DNA of 64,000 nt from Macrostomum lignano (taxonomy: Eukaryota), in NCBI GenBank assembly GCA_002269645.1, contig NIVC01001908.1, positions 158,885-222,884 on the forward strand. Reading direction: 5' to 3'. The stretch's first letter is position 1. Each line of letters opens with the position of its first letter. Below are positions 47,993 through 59,645 of the stretch, piece by piece. The notes beneath the pieces are model-generated. The model worked only from the letters and a program-made list of their open reading frames with translations. It did not search any database and was not told where the DNA came from. A program made the translations under genes and the position numbers.

Positions 47993-48394
47993 GTGTGGTT
48001 CACACCCATAAGTGTGGTTCACACCCATAAGTTTGGTTCACACTCATAAGTGTGGTTCACACCCATAAGTGTGGTTCACACCCATAAGTTTGGTTCACAC
48101 TCATAAGTGTGGTTCACACCCATAAGTGTGGTTCACACCCATAAGTGCGGTTCAACCCAAAAGTGCGGTTCTGGTTCCAACCCATAAGTGTGGTTCACAC
48201 CCATAAGTGTGGTTCACACCCATAAGTGTGGTTCACACCCATAAGTGTGGTTCCAACCCATAAGTGTGGTTCACACCCATAAGTGTGGTTCACACCCATA
48301 AGTGTGGTTCACACCCATAAGTGTGGTTCCAACCCATAAGTGTGGTTCCCACCCATAAGTGTAGTTCACACCCATAAGTGTGGTTCACACCCAT
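47993..48394. repeat. Minisatellite, about 21 x 19 bp (GTGTGGTTCACACCCATAA) with an internal hairpin
   Basis: Direct inspection; GTGTG-GTT-CACAC is a perfect 5-bp inverted repeat. Confidence 0.95.
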
Positions 48395-49184
48395 AGTTTT
48401 TGTCAGCCACGATGTTCCTTCAGACAGACTTTATGCTACTTGCTAACTCGTAAAAAGTTAATTCATTGTCCCTTTATTGTCTCTACTGGCGCTCCGCATA
48501 GAGTACTCTAATTAGACTTTGCTGGCCGGGAATTGAATCAAGGAACGGCCAAGTGTTAAGCGCGTAAGAAGCTGCCCAGCAGAGAGGACATCAAGGAGGG
48601 GATGCTGGAGGGGATGCAAAAGTCCGCCCTCCATCACGGCCGGCGCCCTTCAATCAGGGTTGCTCTGAATTCGCTAAGAAAATCGATTGGACTGGAAGAA
48701 TTAGCGCGAACGTAATCAAGTCCGAAGTGTGAACAGAAATTATGTTGGAACCGAAAAATCAGTTCTTTGGCATTAGTGGAAACAAACTTTACTTTACGCT
48801 TTACGCTACTAAAAGTAGGATACTAAAGTAGTGCCTTTGGGCTGTAAAACGCAATTGAAAATAAGTTCGCCCGAGAGGCAAAAAAGCACCTGCTCATTCC
48901 TTTCCTCTTCAAGCACTCATATCCGAAACCCCCATTATGCAGTTAGTCCCTCTAATAGTAGACACCATTCCAAGCAGCGGGGCTTTCAGTTTGAATGTAC
49001 GCTTGACTCCATTCTTGAATTTTGGCACAAGGGACAGAAAAAATGAAAAAAACTTGCGTGCACACACGACCCCCTTGCTTAATATCAATAACTTTGTCTG
49101 CGGGCTGGAGGGCAACGGCTTTGCGGGCGACTTCTGAACCTCTGCTTTGAGCTAGATCGTAAGGAAGGCAAGAAGCAATTAACC

Positions 49185-50396
49185 ATGGGCTTTGGAATCT
49201 TCTCGAAGGAAGTCAACGATGAGTCCAACGACAGGCTCAATCACTTTTTCACCTTTCTACTCCTGCTGTGCTGCGTGGTGATCACCTGCAAACGGCAGTA
49301 CCTTGGCAGCCCGATCAGCTGCTGGGTGCCCAAGGAGTTCACTGAGGCTCACCTGGAGTACACGGAGAGCGCTTGCTGGGCGCTGAACACCTACCATCTG
49401 CCGCGCGACCGGCCGATCCCAAAGGGCCTCCCCGAGCGCAAGGCGGAGGAGCTGCCCTACTACCAGTGGGTGGCCTTCCTGCTGCTGCTCCAGGCCGTCA
49501 TGTTCCAGCTGCCCAACCTGTTCTGGTCCAACTGTCTGGATAGGCGCGGTCTGCGACTTCCACGGGCGCTGCAGCTGGCCACCGACTGTCAAGACCTGCG
49601 CAGCAGGCGCGCCCGACGCCAGACTGTGGCGTCAGTGGCCGGGCATCTCGGCGAAGCGCTGGACGCCGCCGAAGCCAGGTCAGTTGGAGGATCGCGCTGC
49701 TGGGCGCAGCTGAACCCCGCCAACAGCCAGCTGTGCAGGGCCTACCTGGCTACCAAATTGCTCTACATCGGTACCACAGTCTCCCAGTTCTTCATCATTA
49801 ACTCCTACTTGACAGCCGGCACTCGGACGGTTGCCTACGGCTTCTCGTTGGCCGTGAATTTGACGCTCGGCCGCGACTGGGAAGAGTCCGGCTATTTTCC
49901 CCGCGTGACTTACTGCGACCTGCTCATCCGGGTGCTTGGCAACGAGCAGCGGCACACCGTGCAGTGCGTTCTGCAAATCAACCGACTCAACGAGAAGGTC
50001 TACGCTCTTCTCTGGTTCTGGCTTTTCGGTCTCGGCTGTCTGACCGGCCGGAGCTTCATCATCTGGTGCTGGCGGCTTCTGCCCAAGTCTGCTCGGCGCA
50101 GATATGTCACCAGACTGCTGCGGATGCGTGGCTGCACCGCTGGCGGCGGCGGAGTGGGAATTGTCACCTTTACCGATCGGATCGGGCCGGACGGCGTGCT
50201 CCTACTGGCTCTCGTTGACAGCAACGCCGGGCCGTCGGCGGCTGCGGAGATCTGCGAGGAGCTCTGGCGGCGGAGCCGGTCCGCGACAGCAGAGATTGGA
50301 TCGGTTTTCGCTTCCGCCTCGTCCGACACCGCCTCCGCTTCTCCATCCGTGGCAGTCGCTACGACAGTTCACTGGGAGGCAGACGATCAGGTTTAG
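49185..50396 (+). CDS. inx: Innexin B (intronless CDS, divergent sequence), 403 aa
   Basis: accATGG context. Motifs DRLNH...QYLGSPISCW...ACW, YYQWV, FPRVTYCD, HTVQCVLQIN.LNEK.Y..LWFW and GPDGVLLL. All four extracellular Cys are present. Confidence 0.93.
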   Translation: MGFGIFSKEVNDESNDRLNHFFTFLLLLCCVVITCKRQYLGSPISCWVPKEFTEAHLEYTESACWALNTYHLPRDRPIPKGLPERKAEELPYYQWVAFLLLLQAVMFQLPNLFWSNCLDRRGLRLPRALQLATDCQDLRSRRARRQTVASVAGHLGEALDAAEARSVGGSRCWAQLNPANSQLCRAYLATKLLYIGTTVSQFFIINSYLTAGTRTVAYGFSLAVNLTLGRDWEESGYFPRVTYCDLLIRVLGNEQRHTVQCVLQINRLNEKVYALLWFWLFGLGCLTGRSFIIWCWRLLPKSARRRYVTRLLRMRGCTAGGGGVGIVTFTDRIGPDGVLLLALVDSNAGPSAAAEICEELWRRSRSATAEIGSVFASASSDTASASPSVAVATTVHWEADDQV

Positions 50397-50569
50397 AGGA
50401 CCATGCAGTCCACTTTCTCGCATCTAAGTCTGCGCTAGGCCGTTCACTGTCTGCTTGAGATGAAAGGACTCAAAATAGAATCCGTCAGCCGGACTCAGTG
50501 GCACTTCTGCTACAGTGTCTGGTTCTATTTGAGCTTTTGCTGTTGAGCTTTGATGTTGCCGCTTGAAAA

Positions 50570-50967
50570 TCCGCTTCTATCCATGCCTCCACATCCGCTT
50601 CTGTCCATGCCTCCACATCCGCTTCTGTCCATGCCTCCACATCCGCTTCTGTCCATGCCTCCACATCCGCTTCTGTCCATGCCTCCATCTGCTTCTGTCC
50701 ATGCCTCCACATCCGCTTCTGTCCATGCCTCCACATCCGCTTCTGTCCATGCCTCCACATCCGCTTCTGTCCATGCCTCCACATCCGCTTCTGTCCATGC
50801 CTCCACATCCGCTTCTGTCCATGCCTCCACATCCGCTTCTGTCCATGCCTCCACATCTGCTTCTATCCATGCCTCCACATCCGCTTCTGTCCATGCCTCC
50901 ACATCCGCTTCTGTCCATGCCTCCACATCCGCTTCTGTCCATGCCTCCACATCCGCTTCTGTCCATG
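50570..50967. repeat. Minisatellite, about 16 x 24 bp (CCATGCCTCCACATCCGCTTCTGT), about 170 bp after the innexin B stop
   Basis: Direct inspection. Confidence 0.95.
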
Positions 50968-51169
50968 ATTCGCTTCAGACTTTGCTTAAAATTCTTGCCA
51001 TGCGTGTCTTACTTACCTGTTTTGTTTCTATTAAAACAAAAAACGGAATTGTCTTCATTAAGTTTTAAAAAGTCATTGTGTAAAACGAAACTTTTCTTTT
51101 GCTTTAGAAATATTGTTTAAAATTATGCCTCAAGATAAGATCGCTCGCCAGCAAGGGTTACTGTCTGCC

Positions 51170-51670
51170 CACTGTAATCTCATTGCTTGTTATTCCCAAA
51201 GTCGAAAATATAAAGCACATAATGCTAGAGAAAATTTATCTCGTGCAGCCTCATAGCAACCGGGTGTTCCTCACCGCACCGCATAAGGAGCTCCACCGCA
51301 CTTGCCAGCAAGCGACAGTGGACCGCACTGACGGAGAACTTGAGACGACTTAGAAGCAGCGGGTCTTAAGAGCCGCGGGATTTCCTAGATTGATGCGGGT
51401 GGCTGGAGATTGTTTGCGATTGAAGTGCGCTGCCACAGCCTCAAACCCGGTTCGAAAGTGTGGGGGAGGGAGAGGGGATCAGCTCGGCTGGGAATAAAGC
51501 GCGAGAGGAAAACTGTCCCCAGCAGTTGGCCAAAAACTGCATCGAGCATCCATCCAAGAGGCATGCTGGCTGCCTGCAGGAGTCTTGACGCGCTTATCAG
51601 CGGCAATCCAGAGCTGCGCCTTCGCCAGCCAACGGAAGAGAGATTCTTGGCGCAGATTTTCTGCAGACTT
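51170..51670 (+). mobile_element. Possible degraded C-terminus (restriction-like endonuclease region) of a non-LTR retrotransposon
   Basis: Frameshifted segments GWRLFAIEVRC and LTRLSAAIQSCAFASQRKRDSW resemble the GW...PxEVGCRG / LSxAAExxS..W..R..W end of RLE-type LINEs. Similarity judged by eye only. Confidence 0.3.
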
Positions 51671-52699
51671 TCAGCCACCCCTCCTTTCCCTCTCTCTGCT
51701 CTCCTTGCCCATCTCACCGTCACCTCTAGCCGAGTCTCCCTGAGTTCCCAGAGCTCACCCGCGTTGGCCATAAAATTTTCATGACCCATTGCCACCCATC
51801 CACTCTGCCGCTGTCTCCCTGTCTCTAATGCCATTTCATTCACTCTCTATCCAGTTTTCGGCGTGAAGGTGGCGGCCTGTGTCTAATAAAAACTCCCTAG
51901 TCGAGTCCCAGCAGTCAGCCTTGCCCCAACGACAGGCAGTCGGCACCTCTCCCCAGCTGACCTCCTCTTGCTCACGCTCCGTCTCCCAGCCGTTTTATCG
52001 CCGCATTACTTTCAGCCTCCGGTCTCCATCACTTCGCGGACCCAAATGAGCGCACATTCAATCACTGTCCGATGCTAAATTTGATGCATGGGCTCAGGTG
52101 CGATGCCTGGCGCTCAGAACAAGTGAACAATCCGATTTCAAGTGCGACAACTTTTCCGGATTAGAAACCTTCTCCGGGTTCAACTGATCTTGCATAGCCA
52201 GCCCCAGACCCAGGCATTTGCATTTATAAGCCACGCTTATATTGAAATGCAATAATAATAAAAAGTGCATGCAAAATCATTACTGAAATATGCCAGATAT
52301 CGCCCAGCATTCACCTTCCCCTATCTACCCAGACAGCCAAGAATAACAAACCAGCTAAATGGAGCAGTCGGTGAAAAAATCCATGCAAAAATCGTTTCTA
52401 TTGTGCTTTGATTTCAAGCAAAGCGGCTCGGATTTCGCCTCTTTTGGGAGTGGCCTGACGGAGCAACAGGGACTGGCTTCGGTGCCTCACCACTCCCCGT
52501 ATTTTTAGACACTTTTATGCAAAATAGGAAGTCTTTTTTCGGGAATAGGAAGACAAAAAAAACCAGCAAAAAACTCTGGACGGATGCTCCCCTTGCCTTA
52601 CATTGACGCGATGTGCCAGTTAAAAATAGCCGATGTTGAATCCTGACAGGCATCTCTGTAAACGCCTGCTGAGGATTTCTGCAATCTCAACTGGCATGA

Positions 52700-52780
52700 A
52701 GGCACGCGCTCACACAGGATGTACAATTTGCTCTGGCCTTCTCATGATTAGGCATGTACAACTCTGTGTCTGTCTGGGTG
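52700..52780 (-). mobile_element. Degenerate fragment of the hairpin-domain SINE family
   Basis: GGCACGCGCTCACACAGGATGTACA...ATTAGGCATGTACAACTCTGTG. Confidence 0.5.
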
Positions 52781-53384
52781 TTCCAAGGAGACAAATCTGC
52801 TTCTTTTAACATACGTCATCTTAAACAGCTCTGAAATAAAAGTTTAAAACACAGAGCGTCGCCTGTCACAGATGCGACATTTATCCCTCCAGGTGGGACA
52901 GCCTGACTGATCCCCATAGGCTTAAAGCCCGTCTGCTGTAAGCGGCTTACCTATAGCCCCAAAAACTGTCAATTCTCAGCTTCAAGTGCATCACCAGCTT
53001 AAACGTCTGCTGGCAAATCCATTGTGCCCACAGTCCATCTCCATCCATATCCGAGAGGCTGTCGCGGCGCTTGCATTGAGCTGCCCTCCCCCTCTCCTCT
53101 AAGGAAACTTTTCCTCAATTCTTGGCCGCACCTGAAAAATGGCTGGCTAGGGGATCCGGGACACTTCAGCGCCTGCGCATTGTCTGCTGAGAAGAATTCT
53201 CAAATGAAATTGTGTAAAGCTGAGCATTTTAAAAAAACGAGACAAGCGAGAGAAACTGCGATGAACTGATCGCGGAGAGAAGGTGAAAATGGAGACTAGT
53301 GGAGAGGAGGAAGGAATAAGAAAACAGGACTGGCTTGAGAGCGGGCAATAGATGGGAGTGAGGGAGAGAGGTAGAGAGTGAGAT

Positions 53385-53970
53385 TAAAGGAGGGAGAGTG
53401 AGGGAGGGGTGAGGAAGGAATGAGGGAGGAGAGTGAGAGTGAGAGGAAAAGTGGAGGGGGAGAGGGAGCGGAGGGAGGGAGAGGGAGCGGAGGGAGGGAG
53501 AGGGAGCCGAGGGAGGGAGCGGGAGCCGAAGGAGTGAGAAGGAGCTGAGGGAGGGAGAGGGAGCCGAAGGAGGGAGAGGGAGGGAGAGGGAGCCGAGGGA
53601 GGGAGAGGGAGCCGAGGGAGGGAGCGGGAGCGAAGGGAGGGAGAGGGAGCTGAGGGAGGGAGAGGGAGCCGAGGGAGGGAGCGGGAGCGAAGGGAGGGAG
53701 AGGGAGCTGAGGGAGGGAGAGGGAGCCGAGGGAGGGAGCGGGAGCGAAGGGAGGGAGAGGGAGCTGAGGGAGGGAGAGGGAGCTGAGGGAGGGAGAGGGA
53801 GCCGAGGGAGGGAGAGGGAGCCGAGGGAGGGAGCGGGAGCGAAGGGAGGGAGAGGGAGCTGAGGGAGGGAGAGGGAGCCGAGGGAGGGAGCGGGAGCCGA
53901 AGGAGTGAGAAGTAGCCGAGGGAGGGAGAAGGAGCTGAGGGAGGGAGAAGGAGCTGAGGGAGGGAGAGGG
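53385..53970. repeat. GA-rich low-complexity/minisatellite (about 19-bp unit GAGGGAGGGAGAGGGAGCC, 57-bp higher order)
   Basis: Direct inspection. Confidence 0.9.
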
Positions 53971-54594
53971 ACCAACTTGTCATCAATATTGTGAAGGGTT
54001 TCATAAACTGCAGGCAGTGCTGAGTCCAGCTGCAATATGTATTTTTATATTAATTTACGAGTATAGGCTACAATTGTGAAATTTGACAACAGTTACACAT
54101 GTTTTCGAGCTGAACCAACGTCTCAACTTTTCACCCTTATATTTTGGGGCTCATCTGTTAAGACTCGCACCTTTGGTCACGAGGTGTTTGGGTAAAGGCT
54201 AGCGGGGACTGGAAGAGAAGGGAGACGTATTCGCAGGAGGGCTGTTCGCACCCGGCCACAACACGTTCGGCGAAATCTTTTCACAATACGGGCTTCTTGA
54301 GTAGCTTATTGTCATATCTTTATGGCCGGAGACCGACACTAATCTGCTTCGGGCCTGACAGATGGACACCAGGACTGCGCAGCTGCGCCCTCGATTTTGA
54401 ATTATTCAATCGAATCAGAACAGCTGCTCCGTACACAGTGCGAACTTGTCTTCTTTCCACCCGAGCTCGTGATGGCATTTTCTGCTTTCTCTCTGTTTTC
54501 TGCATCTTTTTCCGTTCTCTGTCCTCGTTTCTCATAAACATAAATATTCGTAGGAGGGCTGCGGTCACATTGGCGCAACCGGCGCTGGCCGAAA

Positions 54595-54728
54595 TTCTGC
54601 CCATTCCTCCTGAGTACACACAAGAGCGCTAATACTGTACGCAGTCACGCACTCATACACCGCTCACGCAGGGTGTACAGAGCCCCTGACTTTCCAATCG
54701 TCAGGCATTGTAAACTCTTTGTGTCTTG
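54595..54728 (-). mobile_element. Fragment of the hairpin-domain SINE family
   Basis: CTGCCCATTCCTCCTGAG...GTACGCAG...CAGGGTGTACAGAGCCCCTGAC..GTCAGGCATTGTAAAC. Confidence 0.65.
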
Positions 54729-55374
54729 GTGGTTTGAGATTAGGAAAACTTATTGAAAAAGTTGATCCCCAACAAAAACTATTTCTACAATGCTAAAAAG
54801 CCAACGAATGAGAGAACCAGAGTTTTTCGAGGGGATTTTTTCGGATGGGGAGTTCGCAGTGCCGAAGAGGTGGGGATAAAGTTTTCCACAGTTTTCCACG
54901 CGCCTCACGGCCGTGGCATTGCTGGCCTGACAAACTTCCGGGCCCGGGCTGGGGGTGGCTGACGAGCAGTGTGGGGGCAGAGTTATTTCACTCAGTCAAT
55001 CTCAACGCAGCCTGGGCAGAGCGACTGCCAAGAGGAAATGGCACGGGAAGGCGGTGGAGAGACCCCCATCAGGGTGCCGGGCTGTGCTCGCCAGATAGTT
55101 AATTGCAGATATAAGCCCAAATATCGCTTATATATATATCAATCGGTGCGACTGACAACTGCTAGAAAAATATGGGATGAAAGCTTTCGAATTGATTGAA
55201 GTTGGCAAGACAGCGGGGTCAAAATGGAGTCAACTGTATCGTTACTCATTATAATAATTGGCTTTTTATGGCTCGATTTTTCATAAAGCAATATCAGTTC
55301 AGTGACACCCAAGTTCTGGTGCTAAATAGAGAGAAATACTATCGCCAAAAGTTAGTATATGGAAGAAAGAGAAT

Positions 55375-55600
55375 GAGAAGAGAGTAGGGAGAGGGTTGGA
55401 CGGGTAGCGAGTAAGGGGAAGGGAGAAGGGGAGAGGAGTAGAAAGAAAGGAAGGGAGAGAGAAAGGGGAAGGGAGAGGGGAGAGGGGTAGAGAGAAAGGG
55501 GAAGAGAGAGGGCAGAGAGAAAGGGAAGGGAGAGGGGAGAGGGCAGAGAGAAAGGGGAAGGGAGAGGGAAGAGGGGTAGCGAGAAAGGGGAAGGGGAGAG
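55375..55600. repeat. Purine-rich (GA) low-complexity tract
   Basis: Direct inspection. Confidence 0.85.
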
Positions 55601-56187
55601 CTGAAAAGGAATTAAAAGTGGAGCAGCGTGAAGTGTCTACGGCAGCAGAGAGGGCGGGAGAGTCGGAAAAGCCAGTTGCGTATCAAAAAGCCAGGCAGGC
55701 ATCGGAAGTTCACGCACGAGCGCAGACTTCCACATGAGAGTTGGTACAGAATTATGCGGCATGAAATCCATCTGAGCTCACTCCCCTTGAGCACTGACAT
55801 TCCGTTTGAGACATGCGATCCAGTTCGCGTGTCAGTGGAGCGAGGCTAACTAACCAGAGTGAACGCGAGACAAAGGCCGCGGCCGCCGCCAGTTACACGG
55901 GAAAAATGTCGGGGCGCTAGAACACCGCAACAGACGCAGAATGGTTTCAGTTTCGGCTTTTTGAGGGCAAGCTTCTACTTACTTTGCCCTGTCAATTATT
56001 CGCTTGAGTTGGTTGGCTTGAGACGGAAGACATTCTGAAGGCCTTAGACATCTCTGCCACATTGGTTAGTCACATAGTGTAGCCGCAAGGCTAGTTGCAA
56101 GTGGACAAAAGGTAAGTATTGTAATTATGCTCAATTCACATACATGCTTCAAGACATGGTGCAAGAACACACACAGGTGTTACAGCA

Positions 56188-56265
56188 AGTGCGCAGGCAC
56201 ACGCTATCACAGGGTGTACAGTGCCCTGACTTTCTCCTAGTCAGGCATGAGCACGCTCTGTGCAA
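56188..56265 (-). mobile_element. Fragment of the hairpin-domain SINE family
   Basis: GCAGGCACACGCTATCACAGGGTGTACAGTGCCCTGAC..GTCAGGCATGAGCAC. Confidence 0.62.
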
Positions 56266-56997
56266 TGTGACGGCACACGTAATCGAGCTCAAGTACTTTG
56301 GAGCGATAGTTCACCACTCACCACTCAGCCACCTCGCTAATTATTGCTTTGCTGGGTTGCTCTGAGGATTCATGTAGAACAGATAGGGGGAATAAAGAAC
56401 CCTGAAGACGTTTCAGGACAAAAATGCTTGACAAGCAATACTGACTGGCGCGAGAGGGCAGGGCTGAATCCGGCTGGATTCCATACAAATTACTTCAGCA
56501 TCTGGCCAATTAAAAAGAATAAAATGCAGAAGAATGCTCTGAGAACCCGGTCGCAGGAAGCACACCTGTGAGCCGATTGAGGGGGTGGCTGTGGGATGCT
56601 CTCTTTCAGACGACGAGAAAAAAATCCCAGGGGAAAAGAGGTGGAAGAAGAAAAGACGGATGAATGGCCGGGGCGAAAAATGTCAGGGCGAGAAGACAAA
56701 CAACAGCCGCCCCTCCCCTGCCATGGTAGATGGGGAGAGAATTGAGACAAAAGCTCTCCACGCGGAAGTTGTCACGGCGCAGCTGTCGGTCACGCGAGCT
56801 TCCATCACCGCCTCAGCGACCTTGTCGTACCCATAGAATCTGGAAACTGTGGCTCAGTTGCTTTTTCCCCTTTATTTTAGCTTTTTCTGTTAGCTCGATT
56901 GACACGGCTCGATTAGACACGCTTCAGGTCAGGACCAGGGGTTCGATTTGAGGATTGCGCAATTTTCTTCCATGAGCACCAATCCGCGAGGCACAGA

Positions 56998-57092
56998 GAG
57001 AGTACATGCCTAATGATGAGAAAGCCGCTGTGCACTCTGAGTGAGTGAGTGCGTGGGTGTACGTACCCGTGAGCACGTCTGTGCTCAGGGTC
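56998..57092 (+). mobile_element. Internally deleted fragment of the hairpin-domain SINE family
   Basis: GTACATGCCTAATGATGAGAAA-GCCGCTGTGCACTC..GTGAGTGCG..GTACGTACCCG..GCTCAGGG aligns with 27240-27330. Confidence 0.55.
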
Positions 57093-57099
57093 AGATGCT

Positions 57100-57418
57100 A
57101 ATAATTACAATACAATGTTTGATTACACCTGCCCCAATTGTGCCAAATGTGCAACCGACTGCTCAGCGGCAGCTATTGCGCGGCGCATCTGAAGGCTGCG
57201 TACGGCTGTTCAGTCCAAGGACTGGGGGGGGGAGGTCGCCACACACATTCTCAATTGCCCCAGCTAATGCTGGCACCCATTTTACAGCTGGGTGAACTGA
57301 AGCAATGCAGAGTGAAGTGTCTTGCTCAAGGACACAAATTGTTGCGAGTGGGTCGAGAATCGAACCCCCGACCTTTCAGTCGAAAGACCGATGCTCTAAG
57401 CACTAGGCTACAACCCCT
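57100..57418 (-). mobile_element. tRNA-derived SINE with CORE-like domain, copy 2
   Basis: Long colinear match to 31577-31866. Confidence 0.8.
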
Positions 57419-58547
57419 TTGGTCAGAGGTCAGAGCAATGAGCATTCATGTGACTGCTCGGAGTGCTCGCCCCTCCTCGCTAGCGGCGGGGCGACTGTCG
57501 TTTTGATTTCTAGAAGCGCTCAAGGCCTACTGCAACTAAATGAGATCCCTGAAATTTGCGAGAGGAATTTGAGAGGAAAACATTCCGACTGTACTTTTAA
57601 TTTGGTAATCAGATGTTTTTAATACAAAATTCTAGACAGAAAACAGTCTTTATTTTGCTATCTTTCCTCCGCACTCAAAGCGATATCTCTTTCGAGTGAA
57701 ATTTAGAGTTTCCCAGGACCGGCGAAGCACTTGAAAAGCTCCGGCCGGGAGACAAAAAAAACAGCAGGGACCTCTTTCATCATCAAAGTGGGGAAGAGCC
57801 GGTCGATGGAGACCTTGGATCCCCTTGCCAACAGAATCTGATCCCCGATCCCAGAGCCCATCATGACTGTTTTGAGACGGATATTTGAGCCGAAGCGGGG
57901 CTGATTTTTAAAGAAGCAAGTCGATCTCAGCAGACCTTGTGGCAGGTGAAGGAGCGCAGATTAATGGAAGTTGAAGAGCTGTGGGATTGTAAATTCCTTC
58001 GGGACTTGAGGCACCTTTCCACGGGAGAGAATGCACTTCACTGCGCAGCAACCCCCACCGTTTCGCCCTCTGCTCCTGGGTTGCAAAATTTTTTTAAACA
58101 CTCCAAGAGCAACTTTCTTCTCTCAGACCCAGATCTCCGAGGAAGGTGCCATCTCAATGCTCTTCGCACGTACCTCATGCCTATGAATGCAGTGCAGATA
58201 CACGCAAGCCAGAAGCATAGCTCGTATACGCTCGTATGCGATTATATATTTCCACAAGTCTAAATCCTCTTCACCTTACCATCGCTTCTTAGCATCGTGC
58301 GTTGCGTTGCGTCTTCCTTACTCTTCCCTCTCTCTTTCTCTCCCTCATCCACCTTGCCCCGCCGTCCAAATCCCAGCCTCTCACCCGCCGCATCATCCGC
58401 ACTACTCAGGCGTGGAACTGAAAGCTATCTGCCCCACCCCTCAGCAATCGGCATACCACTTACCCTCAACTGAGTGAGGGAAGGGGCAGAGGTGCCTTAC
58501 CCGGGCTATGGCAGGAATAAAAAATATTTGTAACCACGGAGGAGACT

Positions 58548-59645
58548 CACTCTGGGGGTGGGAGGGGGTCAGCTCAGTCTGGGGTGGGAGGGGTCAGCTC
58601 CTCTGGGGTGGGAGGCGGTCAGCTCACTCTGGGGTGGGAGGGGTCAGCTCACTCTGGGTAGAAGGGGTTCAGCTCAGTCTGGGGGTAGAGGGGTTCAGCT
58701 CAGTCTGGGGTGGGAGGGGTTCATTCACTCTGGGGTGGGAGGGGGTCAGCTCACTCTGGGGTAGAATGGGTTCAGCTCACTCTGGGTGGGAGGGGTTCAG
58801 TTCACTCTGGGGTGGGAGGGGGTCAGCTCACTGGGGTAGAATGGGTTTCAGCTCACTCTGGGGTGGGAGGGATTCAGCTCACTCTGGGGTGGGAGGGGGT
58901 CAGCTCACTTTGGGGTGGGAGGAAGGTTCAGCTCACTCTGGGGTAGAAGGGGTTCAGCTCAGTCTGGGGTGGAGAGGGGGTCAGCTCACTCTGGGGTAGA
59001 AGGGGTTCAGCTCAGTCTGGGTGGGAGGGGGTCAGCTCACTCTGGGTAGAAAGGGGTTCAGCTCAGTCTGGGGTGGGAGGGTCAGCTCACTCTGGGGGTA
59101 GAAGGGGTCAGCTCACTCTGGTAGAAAGGGGTCAGCTCACTCTGGGTGGGAGGGATTCAGTTCACTCTGGGGTGTGAGGGGGTCAGCTCACTCTGGGTAG
59201 AAGGGGTCAGCTCACTCTGGGGTGGGAGGGATTCAGTTCACTCTGGGGTGTGAGGGGGTCAGCTCACTCTGGGGTGGGAGGGTCAGCTCACTCTGGGGTA
59301 GAGGGGTCAGCTCACTCTGGGTGGTAGAAAGGGGTCAGCTCACTCTGGGGTGGGAGGGATTCAGCTCACTCTGGGGTGTGAGGGGTCAGCTCACTCTGGG
59401 GTGGGAGGGGGGTCAGCTCACTCTGGGGTGGGAGGGGTCAGCTCACTCTGGGGTGGGAGGGGTCAGCTCACTCTGGGGTGGGAGGGGTCAGCTCACTCTG
59501 GGGTGGGAGGGGTCAGTCACTCTGGGGTGGAGGGGTCAGGGGTCAGCTCACTCTGGGTGGGAGGGGTCAGCTCAGTCTGGGGTGGGAGGGTCAGCTCACT
59601 CTGGGGTGGGAGGGGTCAGCTCACTCTGGGGTGGGAGGGGTCAGC
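58548..59645. repeat. G-rich minisatellite, about 43 x 24-26 bp (GGGGTCAGCTCACTCTGGGGTGGGA)
   Basis: Direct inspection. Confidence 0.95.

Noticed and set aside
50485-51120. EAWTEADV / MPPHPLLS repeat ORFs
   Set aside because: A 24-bp minisatellite open in several frames on both strands, with no splice or coding context.
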